This document shows, piece by piece, positions 1-12,200 of a stretch of DNA of 64,000 nucleotides. The notes below the pieces were generated by a model. That model was not told the origin of the DNA and did no database searches. It worked only from the letters and a program-made list of their open reading frames with translations. The DNA is taken from contig OZ025789.1 of NCBI GenBank assembly GCA_964019425.1, forward strand, positions 124,001-188,000, given 5' to 3'. A program made the position numbers and the translations under genes. The stretch comes from Flectonema sp. DT1601 (taxonomy: Eukaryota). The first letter of the stretch is position 1, and each line of letters starts with the position of its first letter.

Positions 1-88
1 TTTTGTTTTGTTTTGTTTTGTTTTGTTTTGTTTTGTTTTGTTTTGTTTTGTTTTGTTTTGTTTTGTTTTGTTTTGTTTTGTTTTGTTT
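1..88. repeat. (TTTTG)n / (CAAAA)n microsatellite, at least 17 units, truncated by the window edge; probably inside an esterase intron
   Basis: 17 perfect TTTTG units at 1-85 plus TTT, read directly from the sequence. Confidence 0.97.
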
Positions 89-129
89 ACTTAAAACTCT
101 CTGGAAAAAACAAAAAAAGAACAACAGAC
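1..129 (-). other. Probable intron (5' part) of the carboxylesterase gene
   Basis: The minus strand reads CAG CAG|GTCTGT (GT at 129-128, phase 0), then a T-rich tract, an in-frame stop at 91-93 and the microsatellite. The protein lacks the C-terminal half of an esterase, so further exons are expected left of the window. Confidence 0.6.
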
Positions 130-954
130 CTGCTGAAGTTGTGCGACAGTTGTAAAGTTAAAACTGTCTAAGATCATTGTGGTCACTTCAGATCCGAATG
201 TTGAGTTTAATGGACCCCAACCCTTATTAGGAGGACCTCCAAAACAAGGACCTGATTGCATGATAGTTCTGTGAATTAATCCTTTTGCAGAAGGAGCAAC
301 AGCAATAGTACAGGTACTGTATGCTCCACTTGATTGTCCGAATATTGTCACTCGATTCGGATCACCTCCAAAGAATCGAATATATTTATGAACCCAAGAA
401 ATAGCTGTGATTTGATCATTTATTCCATTCATTCCTCCAGTCATCTTCCCTTCTAAGTCTGTCACGAGATACCCAAGTGCTCCAAGACGGTAGTTGAATC
501 CAACGACGATGGTGTTTTCCTGAATTGCGATGTTGCTTCCGTTTTGAAATCTGTTAGAACCAGTTCCGCTACAAAGCCCACCACCATAAATATAGATCAT
601 AACCGGGAATGAGCTTCTCGAAGTTGCATTTGAAGGTTTCCAAATATTAAGAGTCAGGCAATCTTCTGAAGGTGGGGGCGCTTCAGGGTCTGTTGCTTCC
701 GAAGGATTACCCAACGGATTCTGAATGCAGGGGGATTTGAACTTGGAACCATCAAATACACCTTTGTACTTCTGTTCATTTAATATCGATCTCTTAAACC
801 TCTTCTCTGCTAAGGGAGGAATAGCATAAGGAATACCTGCGTATCTATCAACACCAACAGCAGCATTGCTACCTATGATCGTCCCCAAAGGGAAGTCGAC
901 CGTCGGTACTGAAGCAGCAGCAGCCACCAACGTGACTATCGCAGTGAATATCAT
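130..954 (-). CDS. Secreted type-B carboxylesterase/cholinesterase-family alpha/beta hydrolase, first coding exon (~275 aa, partial)
   Basis: Hydrophobic N-terminus (MIFTAIVTLVAAAAS), GIPYAxPP, SEDCLTLNIW signature, YGGG oxyanion motif, NYRLGALGY, FGGDPNRVTIFGQSSGA nucleophile elbow (GxSxG), QSG. The catalytic Glu/His region is absent from this segment. Confidence 0.9.
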
Positions 955-969
955 ATTTTAGTTGGAACT

Positions 970-1030
970 CTGTTTTAGAATAGAAAATTAAAAGTTAACT
1001 TAAAAAAAAAAGGAAAAAAACGAGCAGAGC
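970..1030 (-). promoter_or_regulatory. Polypyrimidine tract + CAG splice acceptor just upstream of the esterase ATG (trans-splice or 5'UTR-intron acceptor); duplicated at 41312..41372
   Basis: The minus strand reads a T/C tract, then AAGTTAACTTTTAATTTTCTATTCTAAAACAG|AGTTCCAACTAAAAT-ATG. Confidence 0.5.
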
Positions 1031-1684
1031 GTACTTTCAAAATGATAGAACATCATATTAGCTAGTAGATAGGTATATTTGATAACTACAATCTCCTTAA
1101 CGAAAAACCTTAAATCAATAATACGAAAAATGAATAAAATAAAACTTGTCCAATACAATTCGATACTATTGAGCAACAGCATCAATAAACTGAAATAGCA
1201 ACAAATAAAAGCAACTGAAAAACTGAAGTAGTTTCATTCATATTTTTCAGAAGAGAGGGCAGAGAGAGGAAGAGAACAATAAGATGAAGAAAGAAGAAGA
1301 AGACGAAGAAATGTCAGATATTTCGAATTAACGATTCTGGTAACAAAACTACATTTTGCATGAAGGACGTTCTCCACACAAAACCCATTGTTTTGTTTCT
1401 TTTATTTTTGTGGATTTGTTTGTTTTTCTTCTTCTTTTTGTTTTGGTGATGAAATTTGCTAAATAGGTAGGGAACAGAATAACAATAAAAAATGCAAGCC
1501 CTAACACAAAGGGGAACGTGAAGGAGGGGTACCTGCCAAAGTACTTACTTTTAGTCATTGGGAACACATCATATTTCCAGTAAGCTGCTTATCAGAATGT
1601 TTGCCGACACCGATATATTGAGCCTCATGTGGACAACGTGATGATGACTTTTTTTTCCCTCCAAACATTAATCCGCTTTCACTT

Positions 1685-2023
1685 AGCGCTGAATTTTCAC
1701 GGAAGAGAAAAAACAAAAAAAAACAAAAAACAAAAGCAGACAATAGAAACAAGGTACATGTCATGCTTTTGAAAATAACAAAATTAAATAAATTGAAAAA
1801 TAAAGATGGATTGCAGAACCCCTAATTCAGCGATTCATAATCCGATTTCAAAAAAGAAAACACGGCATCATCGATGGAAGCCGCGCCACTGACTGTTGCA
1901 CATTGGGATTTGAGATATTCCTTTCATATGTTATACGACAATACAATGTGAACAAAACGTGGTAAACAACAAATGGGAATGGGTGGGTAGGGCAGAGAGG
2001 AATTCGATACTAAAGGATTTATC
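1685..2023. repeat. ~320-bp intergenic direct repeat, copy A
   Basis: Core 1733..1984 matches 2361..2612 (offset 628). A-rich left end. Confidence 0.93.
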
Positions 2024-2301
2024 TGTTAGTTAGTTAGAATAATAGCAATATACAAACTGATGACTACGAGGGGTCTGGGTAGCCCGCATCAGTGAGGACC
2101 CAATCGCGAAGATTGTAGTTTCATAGTATTGGCTGGAAGTGATCGACTTCCAGCCTCCACCTTGCCCAGAGGCTAACAGGTTGTAAACAACGAAAGAAAA
2201 TAAAAGTGAAATGATTTGGGGTATGGGGGAAGGTGAAAAAAATAAAAAATCAGGAAAGATGACAGACAGTTTGAAGTCATAACTGCGCCGGAACTTATCA
2301 G

Positions 2302-2616
2302 AGCGCTGCATTTCATGGAAGAGAAAAAAGAGAAAAAAAAAAAGAAAAAAAAAAAGAAAAAAAGCAGACAATAGAAACAAGGTACATGTCATGCTTTTGA
2401 AAATAACAAAATTAAATAAATTGAAAAATAAAGATGGATTGCAGAACCCCTAATTCAGCGATTCATAATCCGATTTCAAAAAAGAAAACACGGCATCATC
2501 GATGGAAGCCGCGCCACTGACTGTTGCACATTGGGATTTGAGATATTCCTTTCATATGTTATACGACAATACAATGTGAACAAAACGTGGTAAACAACAA
2601 ATGGGAATGGGTTATC
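2302..2616. repeat. ~320-bp intergenic direct repeat, copy B (lacks 39 bp present in B')
   Basis: Same core as copy A. Missing GGGTAGGGCAGAGAGGAGAGAATTCGATACTAAAGGATT, which is found in the unit-2 counterpart. Confidence 0.93.
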
Positions 2617-3257
2617 AGAGGGGTAATTTGAATACCGCATTTTAAAGCTCAAGAGGAACAACAATTTCTCCGACAATCTTGACTGTCAGCGGCAGCGTAG
2701 TAAATGACTGCAAATAAACAAGGATGGAGGCCACGTGAACATAGTTGAGCTCCACTTGCCTATGTTATCGTAGGAAGGGGGACGGCTCGTAGTCAACATC
2801 AAGGGTTAACACGCAACAAATTAGACATGAATCATTATAACTGGATTCTGTCCACACAAAATCGCATGCTTTAAATAAAATTCCAGAGAAAGAAATGCTG
2901 TCAAGTCAAATTGACCGGGGACCACGCACTACAGGTTTAGCAGGTCGTTACAGCTTGAAAACATTAATGCATTAATGGGAAATCAATAAAATTATCTGGG
3001 TGGGTAGTAACGGGGTGAGAAAAAAAAAGAAAAGAACATGACAAGAACACGCTGGTTCGAAGAATACGCTGGTGGGGGAAAGCTTGAAGAAAGGGGGAGT
3101 AGGGAGGGAATCGCGTTTTCCACTTCCGTAAAACTACAATATAATTATATAAAAAAAGATTTCTCGAATTGGCAACTTTAATAAAAACAAGATCAAGATA
3201 TGGAAATCACAAAAAAAGTTGTTTCGTTTCTTTCGTTTCATTTGATCCTCAAAAACC

Positions 3258-6200
3258 CTACTTTTCAGGGCTGCGTACATCATCATCATCATCGTCATCG
3301 AGCATCTTCTTGTTTCCATCGTCCATTTCGAAATCATCGAACTTTCTCTCTTTCTTCTCCTGGTCGAGAGCAGCGTTCTCATTTCTGGATTTCATGAGCG
3401 AGTAGGCCAAGAAGACGATAAGTGCGATGACTAAGATCCACAATACTAAGATCAAAGCAGCTGGAAGGCAGGCTTCTCCAAGCTGCAGCCCTTCACAACA
3501 GGCTTCTCCAGCCGTCAGCAAGGTTGCGCCACGGGCACCCGCGTCGTCGTTGAATTCCTCGAGGACTTCCAACTGACCAATTCTGCTGCCCGCTCTGTCG
3601 TGAGTTTCGACAGGTGCCCACTTCTCTCCTTCCATTGCGTAGCATAAAGTGTACTCTCCTGAGATTTGAGCCGTCACGTTCATCATCAACTCCATTCCAA
3701 CCTTCGGCTCAAGCATCGGGTTCGCAACCCCCGCGGCTTGGCAGGTTTCGGTAATCGTGATCTTGCTTCCCTCCGACACCATGCATCCCTGGTTGACAGT
3801 TGCCAAGCAGTCCTGGCCCTTCATCAGCGCAAGCTTTCCTGAATTCTTCTTCTTTTGCGAGAAGCATCCGTGAACAATGACCGTGAACATCTCAGCCTTC
3901 ACCGGTTTGTTCGGGTACGCCGTGTACCAGTACGCCCCACTTGGAGCACACATGCGAACACTGCAGTCCGCGCCCCCCCAGCCAGGATCACATGTGCACA
4001 TGTTGTTTTCGCAGTCTCCCTTTCCGCTGCAGGTGGCATCCCGATCGCACACAACACAGCTTCCGTCAACTACCTTGAAGTCACACTGGTCGCAATTCTT
4101 TCCCGACATCCCCGCAGGGCATTCCTTGCAGGCTCCCGCTTGAGTGCAAGTTCCGTTCCAAGAACACGACGCGTCTTCGACGCATGCAGTCTGGTTCAGG
4201 GCAGGGCAGCCTCCCACGACGCACTCGCTTCCGGTCCACTCGCACTTTCCATCAGAACGGACGTCACACGTCTCTTTGGTGCTCCATTCCGAGCAAGGGA
4301 GGCTGGTAACGCATCGGTTCACGTCCCACGTGCACCACTCCATCTGGTTGCAGCCCGCACGATCGCCGGCATCTTCGCACCCGTCGTTCTTTTTGCACGT
4401 CGCTTCTTCCCACTTGCATCCCTGGGTATCCTCGCAATCCGTTGCTTCGCCGATCATCGCGCATTTCTTTCCGCAGAGAGGCTGCTTCACCCCCGTCGGG
4501 AGGGCGGCACCCTCGAACCACTCACACTTATCGTCGGCGCCGCACTTCTTCATCTCCGAGTACATGAAGCACCCTTCTCCGTCTTTGCACATCACGTTTG
4601 GAGCGTCCCACTCGCACCGTGCCGCCGGAGCACGGAGCTTCTGGCAGATCGTCGCGTCCTTGTAGATCGGACATCCAGTCTTATCCTTGCACACCCCAGC
4701 ATCCCACTCACAGACCGCGTCTTCGATACACTTCGCCTCCTCCCCGGCGTACACCGCGCATCCCTTCGGATCTTCGCAGTGTGCCACCGTTCCGTTCGAT
4801 CCGTCCACCCATACGCACAGCGCCGCCTCGCACTTCTGCCCCTCGTCCCAGACACCGCAGTCCTTCTCGATGCACACTCTGCTGCTGGCCGACCACGCGC
4901 AGTCGTCCTTCTGGGATAAGTCGCACTCGCTTTCCGTTGGGTACAGTCCGCATCCCTCCACGTCGTCGCACGTCGACGTCGCCGTGTTCCAAACGCATTC
5001 GCGACGGTCATCGCACGTTGGCTTCGTTCCGATCACGCCGCACTTCGACCGCTCTTCGCACGCCGGCTTCGCCGCGTTCCAAGAGCACGAGTGGTCGGCA
5101 TTGCAGGATACCTCCTCCTCCAAAGCGTAGCATCCCACGTTGGGCTTGCACACCGCCGCCGACAACGTGCTTGTTTCCCAGCGACAAGATTCCGTGTCCG
5201 TCGTCGACTCGCACGCTCCCTGCGTCGCGAACTCGCACACCTGCTTCTGGCAGCTTTGGCTCCCCGCGTCCCATCCGCAGCGCTCCTCGGCTGCCGCACC
5301 CGCACACGCGTCTTCCGCGCAGAAGCTCGGGCACGCACTCCTCACGCACTCCGCTCCCGCCGCAGCCCACTTGCACAGGCTGTCTACCTCGCATCCAGCG
5401 GCACTCTCCCATTCTCCGCAAGATCCCTTGTGCAGCGGCTCCCCATGCTCCGACACGTAGTATCCGAACGACGTAGCTTCATTGCACAACCCTGCGAAAA
5501 CGTCCGCAAGCTCCGACATCTCGACAGACTCGAAGTGCGAGTCCACCGGCTCCGTCACCAGCGCCTTCATCGTCTCTGCATCCGACTCGCTTACCGCGCT
5601 CGGCCTCGAGAACCTCCTCACCTGGATTCCGAACACCGTCGCCCTCTGCGCCTCCAGCCTTCCGCGGGTTGCTTTCATCAGGTTCGCGTCTGGAATCGCC
5701 CCGTCCGCCACCACAATCACAACCTTCTTCCTGTCAGCCGGAGACTCGTCCAGCATCACGCTCGCCATCTCCATCGCCTGCGACGCGTACGACTCCACAG
5801 TAGCGCTTCCCCTGAACTGATCTTCGTGCCAGTGAAGGTCGTCCACCAGCTGTGCCTCGCTTCCCGACAACAATCCCTTAGTTCCCTCCGTCGACGTTCT
5901 CTTTGCCGCCCCGCTTGCCGAGAACTGTGCAAACCCGACCCTGAACCCGCTTGTCCGCAGCACCTTTGTGGCCGCCCCGCTTCCCTCTCCATCCGCGAGC
6001 GGCAACGTCTTCACCCAGTCCAGCAGCAGCTCGGTCACCGCCAGGAACCCGTGTGGGTGACGACCGAACACCTCCGCCATGCTCGTCGATCCGTCCATCA
6101 ATACCACCACGTCGACCGCCGGGCAGTTCGCGTACATCGACGCCATGCAGCTGTCATCCTTCCACATGCAACCAGAGGTCTTTCCGCACTCGCACGACTT

Positions 6201-9200
6201 CGAGAATCTCTTGCACTGACTCACCCCTTCATCACACGTCCTCTGCGCCTCGTCCCACACGCAGCTTTCGACACCCTCGCAAGACGGCTTGTCCTCGTTC
6301 ACTCGGCAAACCTTCACTCCGCAGTGCGCCGGGGCGTGCGCCGTCTTCCACTCGCACGACGCATCCGCCGCACAATCCCTCTCGTTGGTGTAAGGCACGC
6401 ACTCCAGAGGGGTGCACGTGTTTCCTTTCCACTCGCAGTCATACGAGTGTTTCCCGCACACATCCTCCGTCTTGTATGGAACACACGGCTTCTCCACGCA
6501 GCTCCCGATCACCAAGTCCCACTGACACGTGTCCTTCCCATCGCACGTCACCGGGTCAGGCGCATTGCACATCTTTTCGACACACTTGCTCTTGTCCGCC
6601 GCCTCCTCGTCGAACTGGCACCCGTAAGGGTCAGCAACGCAGTTGTCCTCAGTCGTCGCCGTGCAAGGCGGTGGTCCACAAACGGAGTCCCCCTCGTACC
6701 AACGGCACCCCTCGTCCGTAACGGTGTACTTCATCGCTTCGCAAGCCAGCTTCTCCGACGCCGAGCACTCAACAACGCGGCCACACTCACCGAACGTCGC
6801 GTCCCACACGCACCCCGCAGCACCGTTGCACGAACCCTCGTCGCACTCATCGTGGCACATCGACCACTCGCACGCCAGCTGCGTCGCGTTCCACTTGCAT
6901 GCCGCTTCCCTGTAGCACGCCTTCTCCGTCACGAACGATCCGCAAGGGAGGTGGTGTCCCTCCAATGACTGGTAGTTCAAAATGATCTTTCCAAACTTGC
7001 TGTTCGGGTTGCAGATGTCCACCAAAACTTCTCTCGAGAAGTCGTCAAGAGGGATGTTCACGTAGTGGTCTGCCTTCGGCTCCGAAACGATCCCGCTGAG
7101 CACCGCCTCAGCCTCGAGATCGACCTCCGAGTGCGCTTTGAACCTCCTCAGCACCACTCCGAACACCTCGACTCCCTGCCCGCCGAGCGCTGCCCTCGCC
7201 GAATTCAGCTCCGCAGCGTCGTGGATCTTCCCGTCGGTCACGATCAGGAGCACCTTGCGGCGCCCAGCAGGGCTGCTCTGGAACAGGTTCGCCGCGAAAT
7301 CGAGCGCCTGCGAGATGTACGTCGACTCCATTGCGTAGGCTTGCTCATGGAAGTCGAGATCTGCCGACAGCTCGGCAACGACTCCCGAGAACCTTCCACC
7401 AGTTCCGGTTCCAGCTGGTGCCCGGACAGCAGACTTTGGTGCCGAGAACTGGATGAACCCGACACGGAGTCCTCCGGCCTGCGGATCCATCGTACCCGCC
7501 GACTCCAAGCTCAGAGGCAGCGTCTTCACCCAGTCACGGAGCTGCTCCACCATCGCGTAGAACCCGTGTGGGTGGCGCCCGAAAGCCTGGCTCATCGAAC
7601 CAGAACCGTCGAACACAACCGCGATATCCATCACCGGACACCCACCGAACGCTCCTTCCAAGCACGCCGACCGCTTCGCGTCCCACGTGCACCGGTCTAC
7701 CGCCTTGCAGCTGCACCCGTCCTTCAGATCAGAGCACTTCAGCTCAACGCACCCCTGCCCCGACCACTTGCACTTCTCAGAGTCCGTCTTGCAAGCCGCT
7801 TGTTCTGCGTGCTTCGAGCAGTACTTCTGCGTGCACCCTGGCGGCGATTCCTCGGTGTTCCAGTGGCAAGCGTCATCGTGGTCGCATGTCATCTCGTCAG
7901 GGTAAGGCGTGCACTTCTTCGGCACGCACTCCGGCGTCCCCGTCGACCACTCGCACTTCTTCCCATCCGCCAAGCACCCGGCCTCGTCGCTTGCCTGGCA
8001 AGGGATCAGCACGCAAGGCCCCCACGCCATCGTTCCGCGAATCTTCGAATCCCATGTACACTTCGCGTCCACGCCACAAGCATCCTGCGAAGTGTACGTG
8101 CACGGCCGCTCCACGCACGCGTCATGCGCGCTCTCCCACTCGCATCCAACCAGGTCCTCAACGCATCCAGACTCCGACTCGTGTTGGCACTTCTTCTTCT
8201 CACACTTCACCTTGTTCGCATTCCAGTCGCATCCCGGGTCAATCAAACATTCCGACACATCCGCGTGCGAGCAGATCGGCTGCTTGAAGCAGCTCCCGTC
8301 GATCCACGAACACAAGTTAGCGTGGTCCTCGGCACACGTTGCATTGTCACAGTGAGCAAGGCACCCGGAGTCCGCACACGAGAGCAGGCGGTCGCTCCAT
8401 CTGCACGACAAGTCCGTGTCACACGCATCCTTCTCGAGATGATTTGGGCAAGGGGTGCTCGCCGAACCCGAACCCGTCGCTGACTTGGCGATGAGAGCTC
8501 CGAACTGTTTGTGCGGGTCGCACAGTGCCCACAAGATCGAGTCGAGCTCGTCGATCGTCGCATCCGCAAAGTGCTCATCCTGCACCGTCGAAGTGATCAT
8601 CTTCAGCGCCTCCCTCGCCGTCGAGCTCGACGCATCGAACGCCGTTGTCGGCCTCAGCAACAACCCGAAGGTCTGCACCTGCATTCCGAGCAGCGTCCTC
8701 AAGTTCTGCACCGTCGCCGTAGTCGCCGCGTCCTTCAGCTCGCTGTCAGTCAGCACCAGCAGGATCCGCTTCCTCGTCACCGATCCCAGCATCCCCTTCG
8801 TCAAGTCCAACGCGCTCTTGATGTACGCCCGCTCCGTACCCACGATGTTCTTCTCGTGGAAGTCGAGGTCCTTCAGCAGCTCGTCCAGGTCTCCGGTAAC
8901 GTGTCCCGCGCTCCCCACTCCCTGCGGTGACTTGATCGCCCCTGCCTCCGCCGCGAACTGCACCACTCCCACGCGCACACCCTGTGCTGGGCTTTCCTTG
9001 AACGCCTTTCCGAGTGTCCCGGACAGAGGGATCCCCTTTACCCAGTCGCGAATCTTCTCAACCATCGCGTAGTACCCGTTCGGGTGTCTGTCAAACGCTC
9101 CCTGCATCGACGTCGTCGAATCCATCGCGATCACCACATCCATCAGCGGGCATCCTCCGAATTGCCCCGTCACGCACTCCTTCTTCGAACCATCCCAGAA

Positions 9201-12200
9201 GCATCCGAGGTCCTTGTTGCACGGACACGGCTCCCCAATCTTCGTGCAATTCTTGTCAGCACACTCGCCGTCCACCGAGTCCCAGCTGCACCTCTGCTGA
9301 GGGTCAGTCGAGCAGCTTCCCTGCTCAGAGAACCTGCTGCAGTACTTCACCTTGCACATCGACGGTGCATCGTCCACCGACCAGTGGCACTTGTCATCGT
9401 GGTTGCAAGTCACTTCGTCCGCGTGTGCCGCGCACTCGCAGCACCACGGGTTCGCCTCGCAAGTCGCAGACTGGCAGCGATCCTTCACGCACAGCTTCTC
9501 CTCTGCCTTCCACTGGCATCCCTCCGCGGCCGCCGCTTGCGTGCACTTCGCCTCCTCCGTGTACGTGCATTCCGTCTTGGTGCACACCATGTCGTCCGTC
9601 GCCCACTCGCATCCCTCCGGATCGGTCACGCAGCTGTCCTCGGCCTGGTGGTTGCACTTCCTCACCTGGCAGGTGCTTCCGTTCCATCGGCACGCGTTTG
9701 CGGTGTCGGCATCGCACAGCTGCGGCGATGCGTGCTTTGGGCAAGCTGGCTGCCTTTCGCATGACTTCCCGTTAGTCCACCCGCAGAAGTCGCTGGTAGC
9801 GGCGTTGCACTCACTTTCGCTGCATCCGTACGACAGGCACGGCGTGTTGACGCATCCCAACAGCGACTCCGACCACACGCACCACGTGTCATCCAAACAC
9901 GAACCGGCAGACTCATACACAGCACACGGCTGGTGTGCAGCTCCCTCCCGCATCGCAATCAGCGCCCCGAACTTCTTCGTAGGGTCGCAGATCGCCTCGA
10001 ACACCTCGGTGACCACATCGTCCAGTTTCAAGTTCAAGAAGTGCTCGTCCGTCGGCAGCGACACCACCGGCTTCAGGGCAAATTCGGCATCGATGTCCTC
10101 CTGGGTTCTCGTGTCCAGCCGGCGAATTACCACTCCGAAGGTCTGAACCGACAACGCATCGAGCGATCCACGCACAGCCTTCAGCATATCCGCGTCGTTC
10201 AGTTTCCCGTCGGTGATCAGAATCAGGACGCGCTTCCTCGTCGGTGGGGATGCTCTGAAGATCTCAACCGCGTGTTCAAGGGCTCCCTCAACGAAGGTGC
10301 GGTCCGCCATCTGGTTCTTGTTGTGGTACTCGATGTCCTTCTCCAGCTCCGACAGGTTTCCAGACAAGAGCCCGTTTGCTGTTCCCACCATACCGGCCGT
10401 CGTCCTCGGAGCCCCAGGCGTCGAGAACTGCACGAACCCGACACGCATCCCCGTCGCCTTGGTCTGCTCCTTCGCTGTGTACGAGTCCCCGTTCAACGGA
10501 AGCTTCTTCACCCACTCCTTCAGGAACGTCGTCAGCGCCTCGTATCCGTGAGGATGGCGACCAAACGCCTGGCTCATGGATCCCGAACCGTCGAATACCA
10601 CCGCCACGTCCAGCGGCGGACAAGCCCCGAACACCGAAGTCACGCATTCGTCCGAGGCGCCACTCCAGAAGCACCCGGCCTCCTCCTGACATGCACACTG
10701 GTTTCCGTTGAACCGGTCGCACCTCGACTCTACGCAACCACGCTGCTGCGAGTCCCATGCGCAAGCCGCATCCCCGTCACAGTCGCTCTCAGCCTTCCAG
10801 CGCGCGCAGTAGGTCTCCGTACAGTACGCCGGCGATGAGTCGACGTCCCACTTGCACCCCACGTCCGTGTGGCAAGACGACTCGTCCAGGTGCTGGGCAC
10901 ATGGCCGCTCAACGCACTTGTTGCTCTCCCACTTGCACTGTTTGTCCCCAACACAGAGGTCCATTACCACATACTGGCACGGCTTCTCGCTGCAAACCGA
11001 CGCAACCTGGTCCCACGTGCACTCCACATCCGCCAGACAGTCGGCAGACACGTTGTAGCTGCACTTTTTCAACGAGCACTTGTCCTCGACCCACACGCAC
11101 TCTTCCTCCGTGTCGCTGACGCACGCCGGCTCAGTGATGTGCTGGCATGGCCGCGGCTCGCATCGGTCCTTCGTCGTCGACCACCAGCACTCGGGATCCG
11201 ATCCACAGTCGTTCGCGTTCGCAGCCGCGCACACCTTCTTCTTCCCGCACGCGTGATCCTTCGCGTCGTACTCACACAGCAAGCTCTCCTCCGCCGACAT
11301 GCACAGCTTCTCCGAACACAGCTGCAGACAAGGGGTGTTTGCGCACCTCACCAAACTGTCGTCCCACTGGCAACCCGAATCGCGGTTGCACTCCGCCGAG
11401 TTGTGGTGGAAGTCGCACGGCAGGTGCGAGTCCGTTGTCCCCAGGTTTACCAACCACCTTCCCCACGGGGTTCCCGGGTTGCACCACTTGTCGAACACGT
11501 TCTCCTGAAGCTCGTCAATCATGAGGTTCGTGAAGTGAGTCTCCTGCGGCTCCGTCACCAGCGGCCTCAGCGATGCCTCAGCCTCCAGATCCCCGGCCGT
11601 GTGCGACTGCGATTTTCTAATCACGATCCCGACCGTGTGCACCCCGATCGCATCCAGTTTCGACTTCGCGAGCGCCGTCTGGTCTCCGTCCTCAATCTTC
11701 CCGTCGATGATCACCATCACCACCTTCTTCCTTCCGTCGTTCGGAGCCCCTGCCAGCAACCCTGCCGCCGTGTCGAACGACTCGGCGAGGAAGCTTCCCC
11801 CTCCCATGAAATTCTTCTCCTGCCAGTCCAGATCCACAGTCAACTCCGGCATGTACCCGGACAACCTTCCACCGGCAGCCCCGTTCACCCCGCTCAGCGG
11901 CGTGCTCAGCGACGATCCCCTCACCACCCCGTTCACCTTCTTGTTCTCATTCCCGCTGAACTGGATGAACGAGATCCTCGTCAGACCCACAGGGTACCCT
12001 GTTCCGTTGCGATCGGCTCTGCCGTAGTCGTTCGCGAGCGGAAGCAGCAGTGACCAGTCCCGAAGCATCTCCAGCAGCGCAGCGTATCCGCGCGGGTGGC
12101 GTCCGAACTGATTTGCCATCGAAGCCGATCCGTCGAACAGCACCACGATGTCCATCGTCGGACATGCTCCGTAATGCACGTCCACGCAAACGTTGTCGTG

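Noticed and set aside
1..88. Possible telomeric repeat
   Set aside because: It sits inside an incomplete gene that should continue leftwards. An intronic microsatellite is the simpler reading.
91..129. C-terminus VCCSFFVFSREF of the 287-aa esterase ORF
   Set aside because: Low-complexity read-through past a probable GT donor. The enzyme would lack its catalytic acid and His.
1637..1701. C/D-box snoRNA-like arrangement (ATGATGA..CTGA with CGTGA/TCACG ends)
   Set aside because: It is antisense to all genes, has an internal T-run, imperfect stem spacing and no rRNA guide I can identify. It would need snoscan or expression data.
2057..2125. Hammerhead-like fragments (CTGATGA on plus; GAAAC..GTC on minus)
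   Set aside because: The core elements are not on the same strand in the required order with three stems.
1000..3405. Short Phe/Lys-rich spacer ORFs (and copies at 41342..43787)
   Set aside because: Translations of A/T tracts. They differ by frame-changing indels between the duplicated units.
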